Under the pieces are notes generated by a model, which searched no databases, had not been told where the DNA came from, and worked only from the letters and a program-made list of their open reading frames with translations. Shown piece by piece: positions 1-13,051 of a DNA stretch of 64,000 nt (its first letter is position 1; each line of letters begins with the position of its first letter). A program made the position numbers and the translations under genes. Source of the DNA: Dimorphilus gyrociliatus (lineage: Eukaryota; Animalia; Annelida); NCBI GenBank assembly GCA_904063045.1, contig CAJFCJ010000028.1:124001-188000 (forward strand), in the 5' to 3' direction.

Positions 1-1467
1 AATGTCTTGAAAATACAGATCTTTTGTGTTCTATATTTGAAATTTTACGAAATTCATCAACCGACCCAAGCATTGTCAATTATCTTGTCAAGTCAGTATT
101 TTATTCAGCAATAGTCATTTAAAATTAAAAATGTTCATTATTTTTCAGGCAAGGGAAACCAACAATTTATGAAATCGCTTACAAAATCTTGATAAAAGGG
201 AATCTCAATCATGAAATACAAGACAAAGAAATGCTTTTGTACAGAAGAATTTTGCAATTTGTTGGAAATTCTTCAACATTTGATGAAGAGAGCATTTTAT
301 TAAAATTATTTCAAGAGAACTTCAATCAGATCACATTAATTGAGGATACGAAATGTATTATCTACATTCAAATGATGACGAATAACTTTATTGAAAAACT
401 CCTCAAAATGGACAACTATCTTGAACAATTAAAACCTATTATGGACTTTATTTTTAAAACTTGGGAATGTTCAGAATGGGCGTAAATACCTTTTTCTCTT
501 AAAGCTTTGTATAGAAAATGTAATTAAACTATTTAATATTTATACGCAGAAAGTATGTTATAGAAAAATGCTGCGCCAACGAAGATTTTCTCATGTTATA
601 TTATCCAACAATTGAAAGTCAAAATAGGTATAAAGATTTACATAATATAATATCAATTTATTAAATTCATCTCTTCTCTACAGATATATACTGCTTGATA
701 TGATGATTTGCCAATTGGAAAGTGACAATGAACCATTTATTCATTTGAAAAATGTACTATTTGTATCATCCCAATTTACTGATCTTCAAATAACTTCCGT
801 CGATATTTTGACATATGCAATCTATTTAAGGAAGTATTTGGAAATATTATGTAAAGCATCATGTATGGATAAGTATAATATGCTGAAAGAGGAGAAAAGC
901 TTACTTTTAAAAACTATAGGTTTGTATACAGTTTTAATAAAATATGTCAAAATTTGAATATATCATTTATATTTGACTTTCAGATTTTCTCAAGTTTATT
1001 TATGAGTGTTCAGAATCAGGAAAAGAGGAGTTTAAGACTATATCGAAATTGTCTGAATTTGACAAGGAATCAGATGATTTTCGAGTTCATGGCTTGAAAA
1101 GAGATCTAATAAGATTAATAGCGAACTTTGTGTATAAACACAAAACGAATCAGAATCTTGCTAAAGATGTTCTGCCGATTATTCTTTGTCATACGCAAGT
1201 AGATGCAAGAAATCCCTGTAATAAAATTTGTTACAACATGCTCACACATGTTTAAATATATTTTAATAAATTTTTCCTTATGTTTCAGTTTGCCAAAACT
1301 GGGCTATAGTGGCTGTTCGAAATTTACTTGAAGATAATGACGAAAACAAAAGCTTTCTATCATCTTTATCTTTGCAGCAAATATCACAAGATGTAAATGA
1401 TTTTAGAAAGTATGGTATTGAAGCTGAAGTCGTTGATGGACGAATTGTCGTTAAATCTATTGATTGA
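1..1467 (+). CDS. ATXN10: Ataxin-10, multi-exon, 5' end outside the window
   Basis: C-terminal exons give GLKRDLIRLIANFVYKHKTNQ...CHTQVDARNP|...QNWAIVAVRNLLEDNDENK, matching the Ataxin-10 C-terminal domain. Short GT-AG introns; stop TGA at 1465-1467. Confidence 0.88.
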
Positions 1468-1563
1468 CATATTGCACAATATAAGAAGGGCCAAATTTAT
1501 AATCTTTAGAGCAATGAATACATTCTTATTGTTTTTTTTTATAAACAAAACACAATATTGAAA

Positions 1564-2706
1564 ATGTCTTTTCTTTTCAAAACGATTCTTTCAGAATAAA
1601 CTATTTCACTCTTCTACTCCCCGTCTCGATGAATACGGAGGACGACATACGGTCACACTTATCCCAGGTGATGGGGCTGGTCCTGAGTTAACAAATTACG
1701 TCAAAACAGTGTTCGCAGCAGCCAATGCCCCAGTTGATTTTGAAACTGTAAAATTGGATCAAACAGTTACTGATCCTCGTGAAGTCGACAATGCTTTTCT
1801 TAGTATCCAAAGAAATGGTGTGGCTTTAAAAGGCAACCTTAGATCATCCAAAATACCTAGGATGAGCAATGTTGAATTAAGATCTGAATTGGAACTGTAT
1901 GCTCATGTTGTGCGTTGTAAAACTATTCCTGGAGTTCCTGCCCGAATGGACAATGTAGACTGCGTAATTATCAGAGAAAATACGGAAGGGGAGTATTCAC
2001 AATTGGAGCATGAAAATGCAAAAGGTGTAGTCGAATCTTTAAAAATTATCACTAAGAAAAAATCTACAAGAATTGCTAAATATGCATTTGATCATGCTAA
2101 AAAATATAACCGCAAGAAGGTTACTGCAGTTCACAAGGCTAATATAATGAAATTAGGTGATGGCTTATTTTTGGAGTGCTGCCGAGAAGTGGCTAAAGAA
2201 TACCCTGATATCGAATTTAATGACATGATTGTAGACAATGCTAGTATGCAAATGGTCTCCAAACCTAATCAATTTGACGTTATAGTGTTACCAAACTTGT
2301 ACGGAATGATTTTAGCAAATATTGCTTGCGGTCTAGTTGGTTAGTTGTATACAAAATATATCACAAAAACAATTGCAGAATATTACATTTTTTTTCTTAT
2401 TAATTAGGTGGAGCCGGTGTAGTACCAGGATCGAATATTGGAGATAATTGTGCAGTTTTCGAAACAGGAACTCGATCAACAGGCGATAGCATAGCTGGTC
2501 TCAATATTGCAAATCCTTGTGCTATGTTGTTCGCATCTTCCTCTCTCCTTGCTCACATAGGACTGACTAAGCACTCAGATTGTATCCGTAAGGCCACAGA
2601 GGAAGCTGTCGCTACTGTTCACACACCTGATTTAGGTGGATCCGCGACCTCGGAAGAATTTGTTGATAAAGTTCTCTCACTCCTAAAAGTACCAGACTTT
2701 AATTAA
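1564..2706 (+). CDS. IDH3G: Mitochondrial NAD-dependent isocitrate dehydrogenase subunit gamma; 2 exons (intron 2340-2408); start codon ambiguous
   Basis: [81 protein letters not shown] and HTPDLGG. The YGGRHTV N-terminus fits gamma rather than beta. The ATG at 1564 is one base out of frame with the main ORF (see findings). Confidence 0.88.
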
Positions 2707-3574
2707 CTTTTCTGCTGTATATTCTTTCAAAAGAGTATGCAATATGAGTAATAAGTGAGAAAGGTAATATTTGGGTCATAGAGTTCATATATCAGTGCGT
2801 ATGTGTTGAAAGTGTACATTGAATTCAAGATAAATATAGACTAAATTAATTATCAAAAGAAAATCGTATGACTTTTTCAACCCTTTTAAACGTAAAAAAA
2901 TACCCTAATTTATATTTAAGCCCAACGGTATTATATTACTTTATCCAATGATTCTATAGCCAATAACAATATGCTACTTCAATAGCTTAAAAGTGCTCTT
3001 CGTTGAACTCAAGTAGACAGAGGCAAAATATAACATACGATGAGATATGATGCAGTGACAATGACATGGAATAATTTTTCCCTACCGTCATGCTAGTTTT
3101 TAATCTCACTGTCTCATATAATCCACTACTTGAACTAATCTTAATCTACACTTGGATTAGTCTAAATCGAATCTGAAAATCTAATTACATAAAAAATTCA
3201 AATTTATTGAAGATTTTGCATTTAGGCTAATGGAAATAGTCTAAAACTGATTATAACTTTTGTAAAACCATTTAGTCCGAAAAACTTTAGATATTTAATA
3301 AAAGAACGATAGAATTTTCGAAAAGAATTAAAAAATTATGATTGGTTAATTATTTAAAGCGTTAAACTGATTTGGCTTTAAAACTCACACTTATAAGTCT
3401 ATTGTCTTACTGAATTGAATCTAAATCTATGCAGAACAGTACACTTTCCAGTATTGTATATTGAGCTGTATAGGCTAAATGACAGGCGGCGCTTTGGCAT
3501 AAGTCCTCTTTCATTAGCCCTTGTTACGCGTCCATGGATACAAAATGGCGACAATAAAATTCCGATAAAAAATT

Positions 3575-4331
3575 ATGGTGCTGTACGACAATATAAATAT
3601 CAATCAAAAAGTGGAAGTTCTCCGAAATGGTCGTATTTATCCAGCCACCGTAAAATATAAAGGAACGTTGAATGGTGTTGGTGGAGACTGGGTCGGAGTT
3701 TCATTCGATCTGCCTATAGGAAAGCACGATGGTATGCTAGCTGGAAGGAGATACTTCCAATGTAAGGATAAGCATGGATTGTTTACTCAAGCCTTGAATA
3801 TAAGATTCCTACCATCAAGAAGATGGTTAGTTTCAAACTTATTAATATAGGCCTATGATAATTTGTTTCCTTAAACCAACAGTTTATATAACAAGTATAG
3901 GACGGTTAGCAGAAACTCAGAAGTAGAAGAGGATCTATTTACAAGTATACCTAGTAAGTCAACCCTAATTACAATTCGTTAGATTGTCAGTAAAGTTATT
4001 TTAGAAGAGTACTCAATAATAAAAGTAAATCAGTGGGGTCAGGAAAATATCGTTTAGCTGGTAACAAAAATTAAAAATCGATTTACTTCGTAATTAATTG
4101 AAAAGTATAGGCTGTAGAGCGATTAGTAGAGCGAAAGATCTTATAATTCCGTCTTATAGGCCTTAACTTATAAATATCTAAGGAATAGCAGAATGGTAAA
4201 AAGTTTTTATTGAAAAGTAATAAAATATTTCGTAAAAAACTAAAATATTTTTTTAATAAAAGATTAGTTTTATTATGTTGTAAAAAATGTTTTATTCGTT
4301 TATTCATATATCTCTTTATCTTTCTTTCTCC

Positions 4332-4367
<36 letters not shown>

Positions 4368-4769
4368 TTTCGTTTAGAATATCCTCATCAATTCGGTAGC
4401 ATATCAGAAGATTACGTATTGGATGCAGACAGGAAATTTTCAAGTCCACAACCTTTGCTCACTCAAACTTTTCCCCTACGTCATGCAATTTCCAGGACCG
4501 TTCCTCCTGCAACTACTGTTCGTAATGTTCATACCGCACGTTCTTTAACTGCAACCTATCGATCTACTCCGATACATTATGAATATGAGAACGAAGATAC
4601 GAATTTTTGCCCCACACCGACTATCCCAAAGACGCACATGCCGCACGAAGCGCTCATTGATCAAGTTCGGCGTGGATGGAGTGCCAGGGATCATTACGTA
4701 AGAGAATTATCTGTTAACACGGCAAGAGACAGTATTAAATTCAATTTATGGAATGATATCTCCGTCTAA
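3575..4769 (+). CDS. Uncharacterised CAP-Gly domain protein, 3 exons (3575-3825, 3883-~3953, 4378-4769), ~237 aa
   Basis: ATVKYKGTLNGVGGDWVGVSFDLPIGKHDG...RRYFQCKDKHGLF is a CAP-Gly domain (GKNDG-like motif). Splice phases 2/2 and 1/1 are consistent. The tail is low-complexity. Confidence 0.8.
4327..4366. repeat. (CT)n microsatellite in an intron polypyrimidine tract
   Basis: Direct dinucleotide run just upstream of the acceptor at 4377. Confidence 0.9.
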
Positions 4770-5005
4770 AGTTTGATTGATTATTATTTATTCATTACTT
4801 TATTTATTTACAAGTCGTTTTTTCCCCCCTTCCCTTCCGCCTTACTTTACTACCCTTCCCCTTATTTTATAAACACAGAATACAGGTTTTGAAACTTAAA
4901 ATTTTACAGTTTTGCAGTCAGCATTACAATGGGCATTTCTAGATGAATATTTTGGCAAAAAACAAATACACTGTACAAACAAATATTTAAGAATTTTTTA
5001 AAAAA

Positions 5006-6166
5006 TTAGACGACACTTCCAAAATCTTCCTGCGATTTTTTCATGATCGATGCTAAGTGTAGAGTTTCCAACTCTGATAATACATATTCCTTTCGTTGTA
5101 CTGGCTCTGTTTCAGTCTTCTTCTCCGATGGTTTGTCTATTTTATTTTTTAGGTAAATATCACTCTTGTGTATACTAACATCTAAATCGTTCCATTTACA
5201 AGTAACCAGACTATAAACAGAACTCCTAAAATTATTTGATATGAGGAAGAATAGATAGAATTTAATATTGGAATTTAAAATATGAAAGAATATAGAACAA
5301 AGTTCTAAGCTAATCCATTGACCTGGATAATTAGTTATATTATTTCTCCAATGACAATATCCAAAAAATGCAGCTGGTTCCTGAACAGACCAAGTTGTAA
5401 TCTTATAACAGATATAGGGAATTTCACAAATTATTCTAGCTATGCAAATAGACCAATGGAGCTTAATAGTAGGGCTATTTATCAATTTTTGTTCGATATT
5501 CTCCTTATCCTCGTATTTAAGGAAGATGATAGTTGCAGTGTTAAAGACGATAATAGTTAAAAAAGGGATTATAATGAAGAGGATTACAAAACCATATTTA
5601 TCATAATTATGAAAGAATTTTTTGACGAATAAATCCGATGTACAAATAACATCTCTGCTAGATCCATCTTTAAAATCCATTGTAATTAATCTAAATTTAA
5701 AAAAAGTAATTAAATTAAAAGCCATAATTGATCCACACGTGACTGTTCCCAATTTTATAGCCATATTCGGCTTATTATAGCTAATAGATTTCACAGGTTT
5801 AAATAAGTAAATATAATAATCAAATGTCATTAATATAATAATTCCAGACATAATAACTTGGATGCAATCTAAGAGAGGTGCAAAATGTGAGTAAATACGA
5901 GGAGATACGGGTGATGAGGAGCTTGGATCCACATATTCAGTTGTAAATAAGGAAATAGCTAATAACGAATAAATTAGATCAGTTACAGAATGAAATGTCA
6001 TATAAACGGACGGAGAAGATTTCATTTTCCTGATGTTAAAGATGATAATTAAAATGATATTCCCAAATAAGCCAAAACTTGATATTAGAGGTAATGATAT
6101 ACCAAACACAAAAAATTCCGGAGAACCAGCCTTTTCTCTTTCAAAGCTATTAGCCGCCAGAGACAT
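5006..6166 (-). CDS. Intronless class A GPCR, peptide-receptor-like (FMRFamide/sex-peptide receptor group), divergent
   Basis: Seven hydrophobic segments. TM1 GLFGN, TM2 SVYMTFHSVTD, TM3 MTFDYY (DRY equivalent), TM5 IPFLTIIVFN, TM6 CEIP, TM7 NSNIKFYLF followed by SNNFR. Confidence 0.8.
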   Translation of the reverse strand: MSLAANSFEREKAGSPEFFVFGISLPLISSFGLFGNIILIIIFNIRKMKSSPSVYMTFHSVTDLIYSLLAISLFTTEYVDPSSSSPVSPRIYSHFAPLLDCIQVIMSGIIILMTFDYYIYLFKPVKSISYNKPNMAIKLGTVTCGSIMAFNLITFFKFRLITMDFKDGSSRDVICTSDLFVKKFFHNYDKYGFVILFIIIPFLTIIVFNTATIIFLKYEDKENIEQKLINSPTIKLHWSICIARIICEIPYICYKITTWSVQEPAAFFGYCHWRNNITNYPGQWISLELCSIFFHILNSNIKFYLFFLISNNFRSSVYSLVTCKWNDLDVSIHKSDIYLKNKIDKPSEKKTETEPVQRKEYVLSELETLHLASIMKKSQEDFGSVV

Positions 6167-6536
6167 ATCTCAATCGACAACTAACCCTCTTTCGTTAAAT
6201 AGAAATGATATAGTGATACATTTGGCCCATAAACGGAAATTATAGTTATAACAAAGAAATATTGAATAAGTCAGTGATGATTGAAAAATATTTGAAAGGC
6301 CTAAATATTCAGCATGTGTTAGGATATATATAGTTTTTTTTTCTAACAATAATACTGTTATATATGATTTTATAGTCTCTATTAAACAGTTTTCTATTTA
6401 ATTTTATTTTTTAAATAGTATGATAATTAAGATAAAATACATTTATTTATAATCAATACATCAAAGAAATTCATTTATATTAAAAAATATGTAATATATA
6501 TAGATATATATATATAACATAAATATGCTATGCATA

Positions 6537-7091
6537 TTAACCTTCTGATTCGCAACTACTGTCATTCAAGTTTGACTGTCGATTTGGGTGATTAATATTT
6601 TTCACTGGTTCGTCCGTTTCGTCCTCCGAATCGGACGGTGGAAGCATATCATCCGGTATTTGTTGTGTATCTTCACTTTTTGAAGCGGTTCCAAATTTAC
6701 TTGGCCACAGACCATTCTCTTTTATATATTTAATTTGGTCCTTATAGAGAATTTGTATTATTTCGGCCTTTACTTTATCACCTTCGGCAATTGGTTTAAC
6801 AACTATGTAATCGCCTCTTTTTATCCAAACATTTTTACGAAATTTTGTTGGCATAGAGACCAAAAAATTAACACCTTGGTCATTTTCTACTTCATGCAGG
6901 TTATTACCCCTGCTGGCGCAGACCTGAAATATATTTATTTGTATTCATTAATATTTTCATAATATAATAAAGAGATAGTTTAATAAATCTAAATGATATA
7001 GTACCTTCACTATCATTTGATCACCCTCTGGAAGAACAAAATCTTCGGTGACTTCACGAACCACGTGCTTCCTCTTGGTAGCCTTTGACAT
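6537..7091 (-). CDS. EIF1AD: Probable RNA-binding protein EIF1AD, 2 exons
   Basis: MSKATKRKHVVREVTEDFVLPEGDQMIV|...SRGNNLHEV...FLVSMPTKFRKNVWIKRGDYIVV...KVKAEI, then an acidic tail with DDMLPPSDSE. Confidence 0.92.
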
Positions 7092-7709
7092 GTTCGGTAC
7101 TAATATAATTTCACAAGTTGATGAAATTTAGTATTTATATGTAAATTTTTGGACAATATGCCCGATAAGATACTCCAATAGTTTAATTACAATTGAGCCA
7201 TAATGAATTAAATAAAAGAACACTAGAAAAAATATGAGAAATGTTGAGAATAAGGCGTAATTTCTAATTTATTTTTTAAAGACACACACATGCTGACCGG
7301 TAATAAGGAAATAATAATCGATAAGAATCGAGTTTTTCGATATGACTCCTCCCTTATCGAAAATAAAACCATATATCGTCTATAATATCTAAACATTCTT
7401 TTACTTATTTCCATCAAATTAAGTTGCCTTCTAACGAAATAACAGCAGAATTTAAAACATATTTTTAGCTATAATATTATAGGAGGATCTTTAAACAGTT
7501 TAAGTTTTATTTTCGATAGAAAAGACTATTTATTATTTGACAGAAAGGGATCTTATCGAAAATGACTCTAGCGTAGATCGATGTAAAATCTGCATTAGTA
7601 CTGCAGCAGGAAACGAATATCCAAGGAATTTCATTAGTGCATGCTCAAGGAGAATCCTGACAGTAACCTCTTTCATATAATCGGAAAGATTTTGTGATTT
7701 ATCAATAAT

Positions 7710-9302
7710 ATGGAAGAAAGATTACTGGAGAGGCTAAAATCCTCTAATTTTGCAACTGCAACAGATATTTTAGCAAAGATCAATCTTGATTTCGCGCAGT
7801 GCATGAGTTTCGCACCGGACACAAAGAGTCTAAGAACCTCTGTTGCTAAGTTTATATTGTCAAAATTGGAGAGTTTGGGTTGCAATGATCAAGTTGAATT
7901 TAGCACCACGGCTTTAAATACGTTGAGGATAACTTGCCGCGATAAAACCGTGCTATCCGGTATAGAAATTGATAATGTCATTACAACTTTATTTAGATAT
8001 GGACAATTTCTTGATCAAACTGAAAAAAATCCCGAAAAATTAATTATTGAGGCCCAAAAATGTCTCTATAATATTTTGCATTTGTCACAATCAGCCAATG
8101 AATTTTGCGCAGCTCATGGCATCCTGGATGGTATCTTTTCCAGAATTAAAAATCATGAAGAATACTGCGGAGAAATACAAAAATTGGACTTTATAATCTT
8201 GTTTTTTGTTACTGCGAAATGCCCTCGTACGAGATCGTCTATTGCAGTTGAAACAGATTATTTCGCAGTTCTCGTAAAAACTCTGGAAAGGCTATCATAC
8301 AAGAACAACTTTCCAAAAAAGAGGCTAACCGAAGAAGTGGACCTGATCTGCGAGATTTTAAAATTATCCTTCAATGGAATATGTAATTTGAACAAAAAAT
8401 CAACTGATATTAATGATAGCACTAAACGCTTTGCAATTACACTAAGAGACTTATTATTAATAAAGAATGCTCCGGAAACACTTATTTCTAATGTTATTAA
8501 TGCTTGGACTTCTATGCCAATATCAACTTATGATACACTTGTTGAATGTTGTTCAACTGATGCCGAAAAAAGAATCAGTTTTGAAGGAAAAGACCTAACA
8601 GCTATACAAGTCATTCTCGATTTCCTTCAAACTAGGTTAGATAGATGCAAACTAAATGAAAATATCAGCATCAGGGATGAAGTAAGTCCAGTTATGATGT
8701 CGCTAGTACAATTTTGCCGACATCAGAGATACGTAAGAAAGTATTGCAGATCTATTATCCTACCACCCATGACAACTGAAGTTCTCACCTTACCCGAAGA
8801 GGGAAATTCGTTTAGAAACCACCTTTGCAGACTCTTAACACACGTCTGCATGGAAGTTTGTAAATTATCTACTGAATTATTGTTTGTTATGTGCAAAGAG
8901 AGGGTAAGCAGGTTTATTAAGTATACCGGTTACGGAAATGCCGCTGGAAAATTAGCCGAGAGTGGTCTATTGATTCCAACTAATGTAAAAAGTGAAAACT
9001 ACTCCTCGGAAAGCGAGGATTCCGATACAGAAGAATATGATCAGCTAAAGGCTGATATTAATCCTGTTACGGGTAGAGTGGAAGAACCTAGAGAGGAAGT
9101 TCAAATGAGTGATGAACAAAAGGAATACGAAGCTATGAAGCTTGTTGATGAGATTGATAAGTTGATGAGAAGAGGAATTATTACACCGTCAGTTATAGGC
9201 GAGGATGGTCGGCCTCAACCTGCACAACACGTTAGCCAACTCCTTGATAACATTGATGTTGGACGAAGAGCTAGAGGAGAAAATGGCAATGATTCTGATT
9301 AG
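7710..9302 (+). CDS. RIC8: Synembryn / RIC-8 G-alpha chaperone and GEF, single exon, 530 aa
   Basis: ELLFVMCKERVSRFIKYTGYGNAAGKLAESGL, CK2 site region YSSESEDSDTEEY, INPVTGRVE and MSDEQKEYEAMKLV. Confidence 0.95.
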   Translation: MEERLLERLKSSNFATATDILAKINLDFAQCMSFAPDTKSLRTSVAKFILSKLESLGCNDQVEFSTTALNTLRITCRDKTVLSGIEIDNVITTLFRYGQFLDQTEKNPEKLIIEAQKCLYNILHLSQSANEFCAAHGILDGIFSRIKNHEEYCGEIQKLDFIILFFVTAKCPRTRSSIAVETDYFAVLVKTLERLSYKNNFPKKRLTEEVDLICEILKLSFNGICNLNKKSTDINDSTKRFAITLRDLLLIKNAPETLISNVINAWTSMPISTYDTLVECCSTDAEKRISFEGKDLTAIQVILDFLQTRLDRCKLNENISIRDEVSPVMMSLVQFCRHQRYVRKYCRSIILPPMTTEVLTLPEEGNSFRNHLCRLLTHVCMEVCKLSTELLFVMCKERVSRFIKYTGYGNAAGKLAESGLLIPTNVKSENYSSESEDSDTEEYDQLKADINPVTGRVEEPREEVQMSDEQKEYEAMKLVDEIDKLMRRGIITPSVIGEDGRPQPAQHVSQLLDNIDVGRRARGENGNDSD

Positions 9303-9724
9303 GAGTGAGATTCCTGAATCATGATATTTTTGAGTGATACAAGTTGTCTTCTCTTATGAAGAGACTTTTTCACTTTTAATTGTTGTTAAAAATATAGTTT
9401 AATGTTGTCTTAAATACTGAGTTCAATTGGGATTTTTCTTATTTTTATAAAATACATCTTTTTTAAATCCCATAAATTATTAATTTAATCATATATCTAC
9501 TCAATAGATGATATACAAAACATGCAAATGTCACAAAAGTAATTAGGTATGTTTCACTATAATCATATTATTAGAGACTTTGATCTTATTTTTTCCTGTT
9601 TTTCTTACAAAATATAACAACAGAAGCAACGTTTCTTTTCATATATTAATTGGTAATTAAAGTACTATCAATAGCAAAAAAGATGTAACGGAATATATTG
9701 TCTGGTTAAATTAGCAGCTTTCAT

Positions 9725-9750
9725 AGAGAGAGAGAGAGAGAGAGAGAGAG
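9725..9750. repeat. (GA)n microsatellite
   Basis: Direct dinucleotide run. Confidence 0.9.
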
Positions 9751-10777
9751 TCAAATGGAAGACATGCTTGTAGATATAAAAATATAAGATATGAACTTAT
9801 ATATAAGCTGATTAGCATATAATGAGGTCGAATAGATCAATAACACACTAAATAACTTATAGTCTTGTTTAAAGGTATTTAATGAATTACCTTCTGTTGT
9901 TTTCATTTAAAAAAAAAATTAAAACTACAGCTTTTAAAGCATAGAGAAACAATCAATATCTCTAAAGAGACTCTTTATACTTGCTTTAACTTTACCTATT
10001 TATACCTACAACATTAATTTATTCTAGGATTATTTTATATATTCAAAACAATACTAGTTAGTTTAATACTAAATTCGATATGGAAAATTTAAACTAGTTT
10101 GTACATGTTGATTAATTGTTTTTAATATAATAATGTTGATATATCTCATTTCTGTTTTGAAATCATTTAACTATTAATGCCGCAGTAAACATGTTTTTTT
10201 TGCATATGATTAAATAATATACTATGTATGTTTAGATAAATACAATAATCCTTCGTATAAAATGGATATATTCTCATCAGTGAAATATACACTATCGCTC
10301 TTTGACTGGAAGAAAGGTAACATCAAAGGATTTGAAGGCTATTATTACAAAATCTAATAATTAACGAAAATAGTTGAATGAAATCGCTTACAATTATCAT
10401 CAGATAGTAATAATCCATATTAGAGATATAGAATAGTTTAATTAATATTTACATAATCACGAAAAAATATTCTTTTTTATTAAATCATTAAAATAGAGAA
10501 TTGTATTATTTCTGTGACAAAAAGCATTAACCACAAAAAAGTAAATTTTTTTATAGCATGTAAATTGTATAGTAATATTTTATTATTAATAATTCTTTTA
10601 TAAATTCTATATAAATTCTCATAATTCTACATTTTAGATAAATTACTTTTTTTTTTATTCTTTTTTTTTAAAACAAAAAGAAGAAATAAAGATGGCAAAA
10701 ACGTTTATAGCGGAATAGCCAAAAATCGGTGGCAATGTATTACATGTTACGTAATATCAGAAGGAAACTACTAAATT

Positions 10778-13051
10778 CTACATGAATCGAACGTCCAGTA
10801 AATGTGTACGTTCATTCGGATAGTTTGGATTATTAGACATGTTTTGTTGATAATTTCTCACTTGTTCTTGTTGAGCTAGTCTTCGGAAATATTCCTCACT
10901 CTCTTTCTGCATTTGACGTCTTTCCCTTCGAGTCATAGGAAAATCACTCCTATGACGATCCCTTGCCCAGTTAAATATTATAGCTAAAACTATGACAAGC
11001 AACCATAAACAATAGAGAATTATATCTAAAATAAAAAATAGAAATAATTCATGAATTTATCGTTATTGGAAATTCTATTAATAACCCCTATATTGTACTG
11101 GAAGATATACTATTGTGTTTATATATCCTGGAATTGCTGCTCTGTGTAGGGTAGCCATCACTACTAGAGGAAAGCCACTGTTTATCACTAAACCAATGGG
11201 AAATATTAGCATATAAGACCCAACAACAGCGCAAGTGAAGTAATTTAACTATTTTATAAGATAAAAGGAATATTTATTAACCAATTTTGTTAAAGAATAT
11301 TCAATTATGCTTACCCATTTCGGAAAGTTCATTAATATTAAACTTGGCAAGAGCATTATAGCAGCAAAGGCGAAACCATAAGTTAGAGAGTTATTAAAGA
11401 ATTCTAATTGTCCTATTTTTTGTTTTTGGATATGAAAAGTACTTAAGGCAATCTTTATAATTATAAATCATTATTATAGTTTACCAAAAGGTGTAACGTT
11501 AAAAATTAGACTGGAGAATAGGAAACCTTCTAATAGGGACATGAGAATAACGCTTAGAATTGGAAGTTCAATAATTTTCCATACTAAGAGTCCAGCAATG
11601 GCAAATGATAAGGAACAAGCAGCAATAACACCAGCCTGAACTGTAAAAATATAAAGATATTAGAAAATATTATGTAGGATTTATTTATTAAATAAAAAAC
11701 CTCCTTCACTCCAATCTGTGTAACGAGAAATAACGATATAAAAAGATAAGAATCCTTCTAGATAACTTAGAATAAAGATTTCTGAAAAGAATAGTAAAAT
11801 GATGCAATTTTGAAATATAATATTTATATATAGAAATAAAAACCAAGAAGGAATAGTGTATGCGCTCCAAACGCGATATACAATCCCAATATTGCTAATA
11901 CACCAGTGATAATATAAACTCGAAGAGGATCTATATATTCAACAAGATATTATGATATTAGCAATTTAAAGATATGTTATTATTAAATAGCTTTACAAGG
12001 ATAGCGACAAGATTTATCACCAGATTCAAATGAACAAGAGTACGTGACTGATGGAACGTATGTGAATTGAACAGTTTCTTCCCCGTTATAAGTTCCTCTA
12101 ACAGTAAAAGCAGAACCAATTGATGGTAACATAGCAATGTAAAAAGTAGGCAGATGATTAGAGTAAACAGTTTTAAGCTATATTTAAAAAAAATAAAAGA
12201 TAAAATATCAGATATAATTGTTGTTGTTGTTTATGTTGTGTTTGATTCGAGTATTTTATTTGTTTACGGACCTTATTTCCATATTTTTGTATTGAATTTA
12301 TATCATTCAACTTATTGATAATCTCCATTTTATGCTTATTATTATAATTTCCTTCTCTTAAGAACATATGATAAATATCGTACTTGAATGCTTGTTGAAC
12401 TTTCGCATCTTCACACGAAACTTCGGGAGTTCCACGTGACACAGCTTTATTAGCAAAAGCAAACTTAAGTTGAGTTGTTAGTTTTTCATTTCTCCAATAG
12501 ATATTTGGATCGTTCTCTAAGGGTAGTTCCTGATTACAGCCACCTGGTATTGGGTCTATATGTTGTGAATGTAAAATTGTATATTAGCGAATACTAGATA
12601 GTTATAAATTAACATTAACATTACCATGGCTACTCAAATATTTCACACGACTATACAAGTCGAATGTTGAGTTTAGTTTGTTTGTAAAGTAACACTTGGC
12701 AACAGTTTCCCCACCTTTCATTGGAATTAAAATGCCAGCATCAGAAGATGTGGTGTAATCACCAACTTGAAAACTTTCGTCTTTTGAAATTGTGAATTCA
12801 TCGTGCTTAGAGTGAAACTCAAACAGAACAAAGGAAACATTCAAAGGTATTTTCGAGCTATAGAATGTAATTTTACTATCTTCATAAACCTTGATTAGAA
12901 AAGTTTTTGTAGTATTCAGTTCTATTTCGGTTGACGCATAAACTATAATATAAATAAATAAATCGAATATAAATTTTAAATAAATATAGCTTGTTTTACC
13001 GTTAATATGGTAAAAGGTGAAAAAAGTTAGAACTAATCGTTCAATTTTCAT
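10778..13051 (-). CDS. TM7SF3: Transmembrane 7 superfamily member 3, multi-exon
   Basis: Signal peptide MKIERLVLTFFTFYHIN. Luminal PIPGGCNQELPLENDPNI...KYDIYHMFLREGN resembles TM7SF3 PVPGACNLEF...DPNI...YDVYQYFLPE. Several hydrophobic exons follow, and the cytosolic tail has ERTHLL. Confidence 0.82.

Noticed and set aside
4287-4377. SLSLSLSL N-terminus of ORF 4287-4769
   Set aside because: It is a translated (CT)n microsatellite in an intron; the real exon starts after the AG at 4377.
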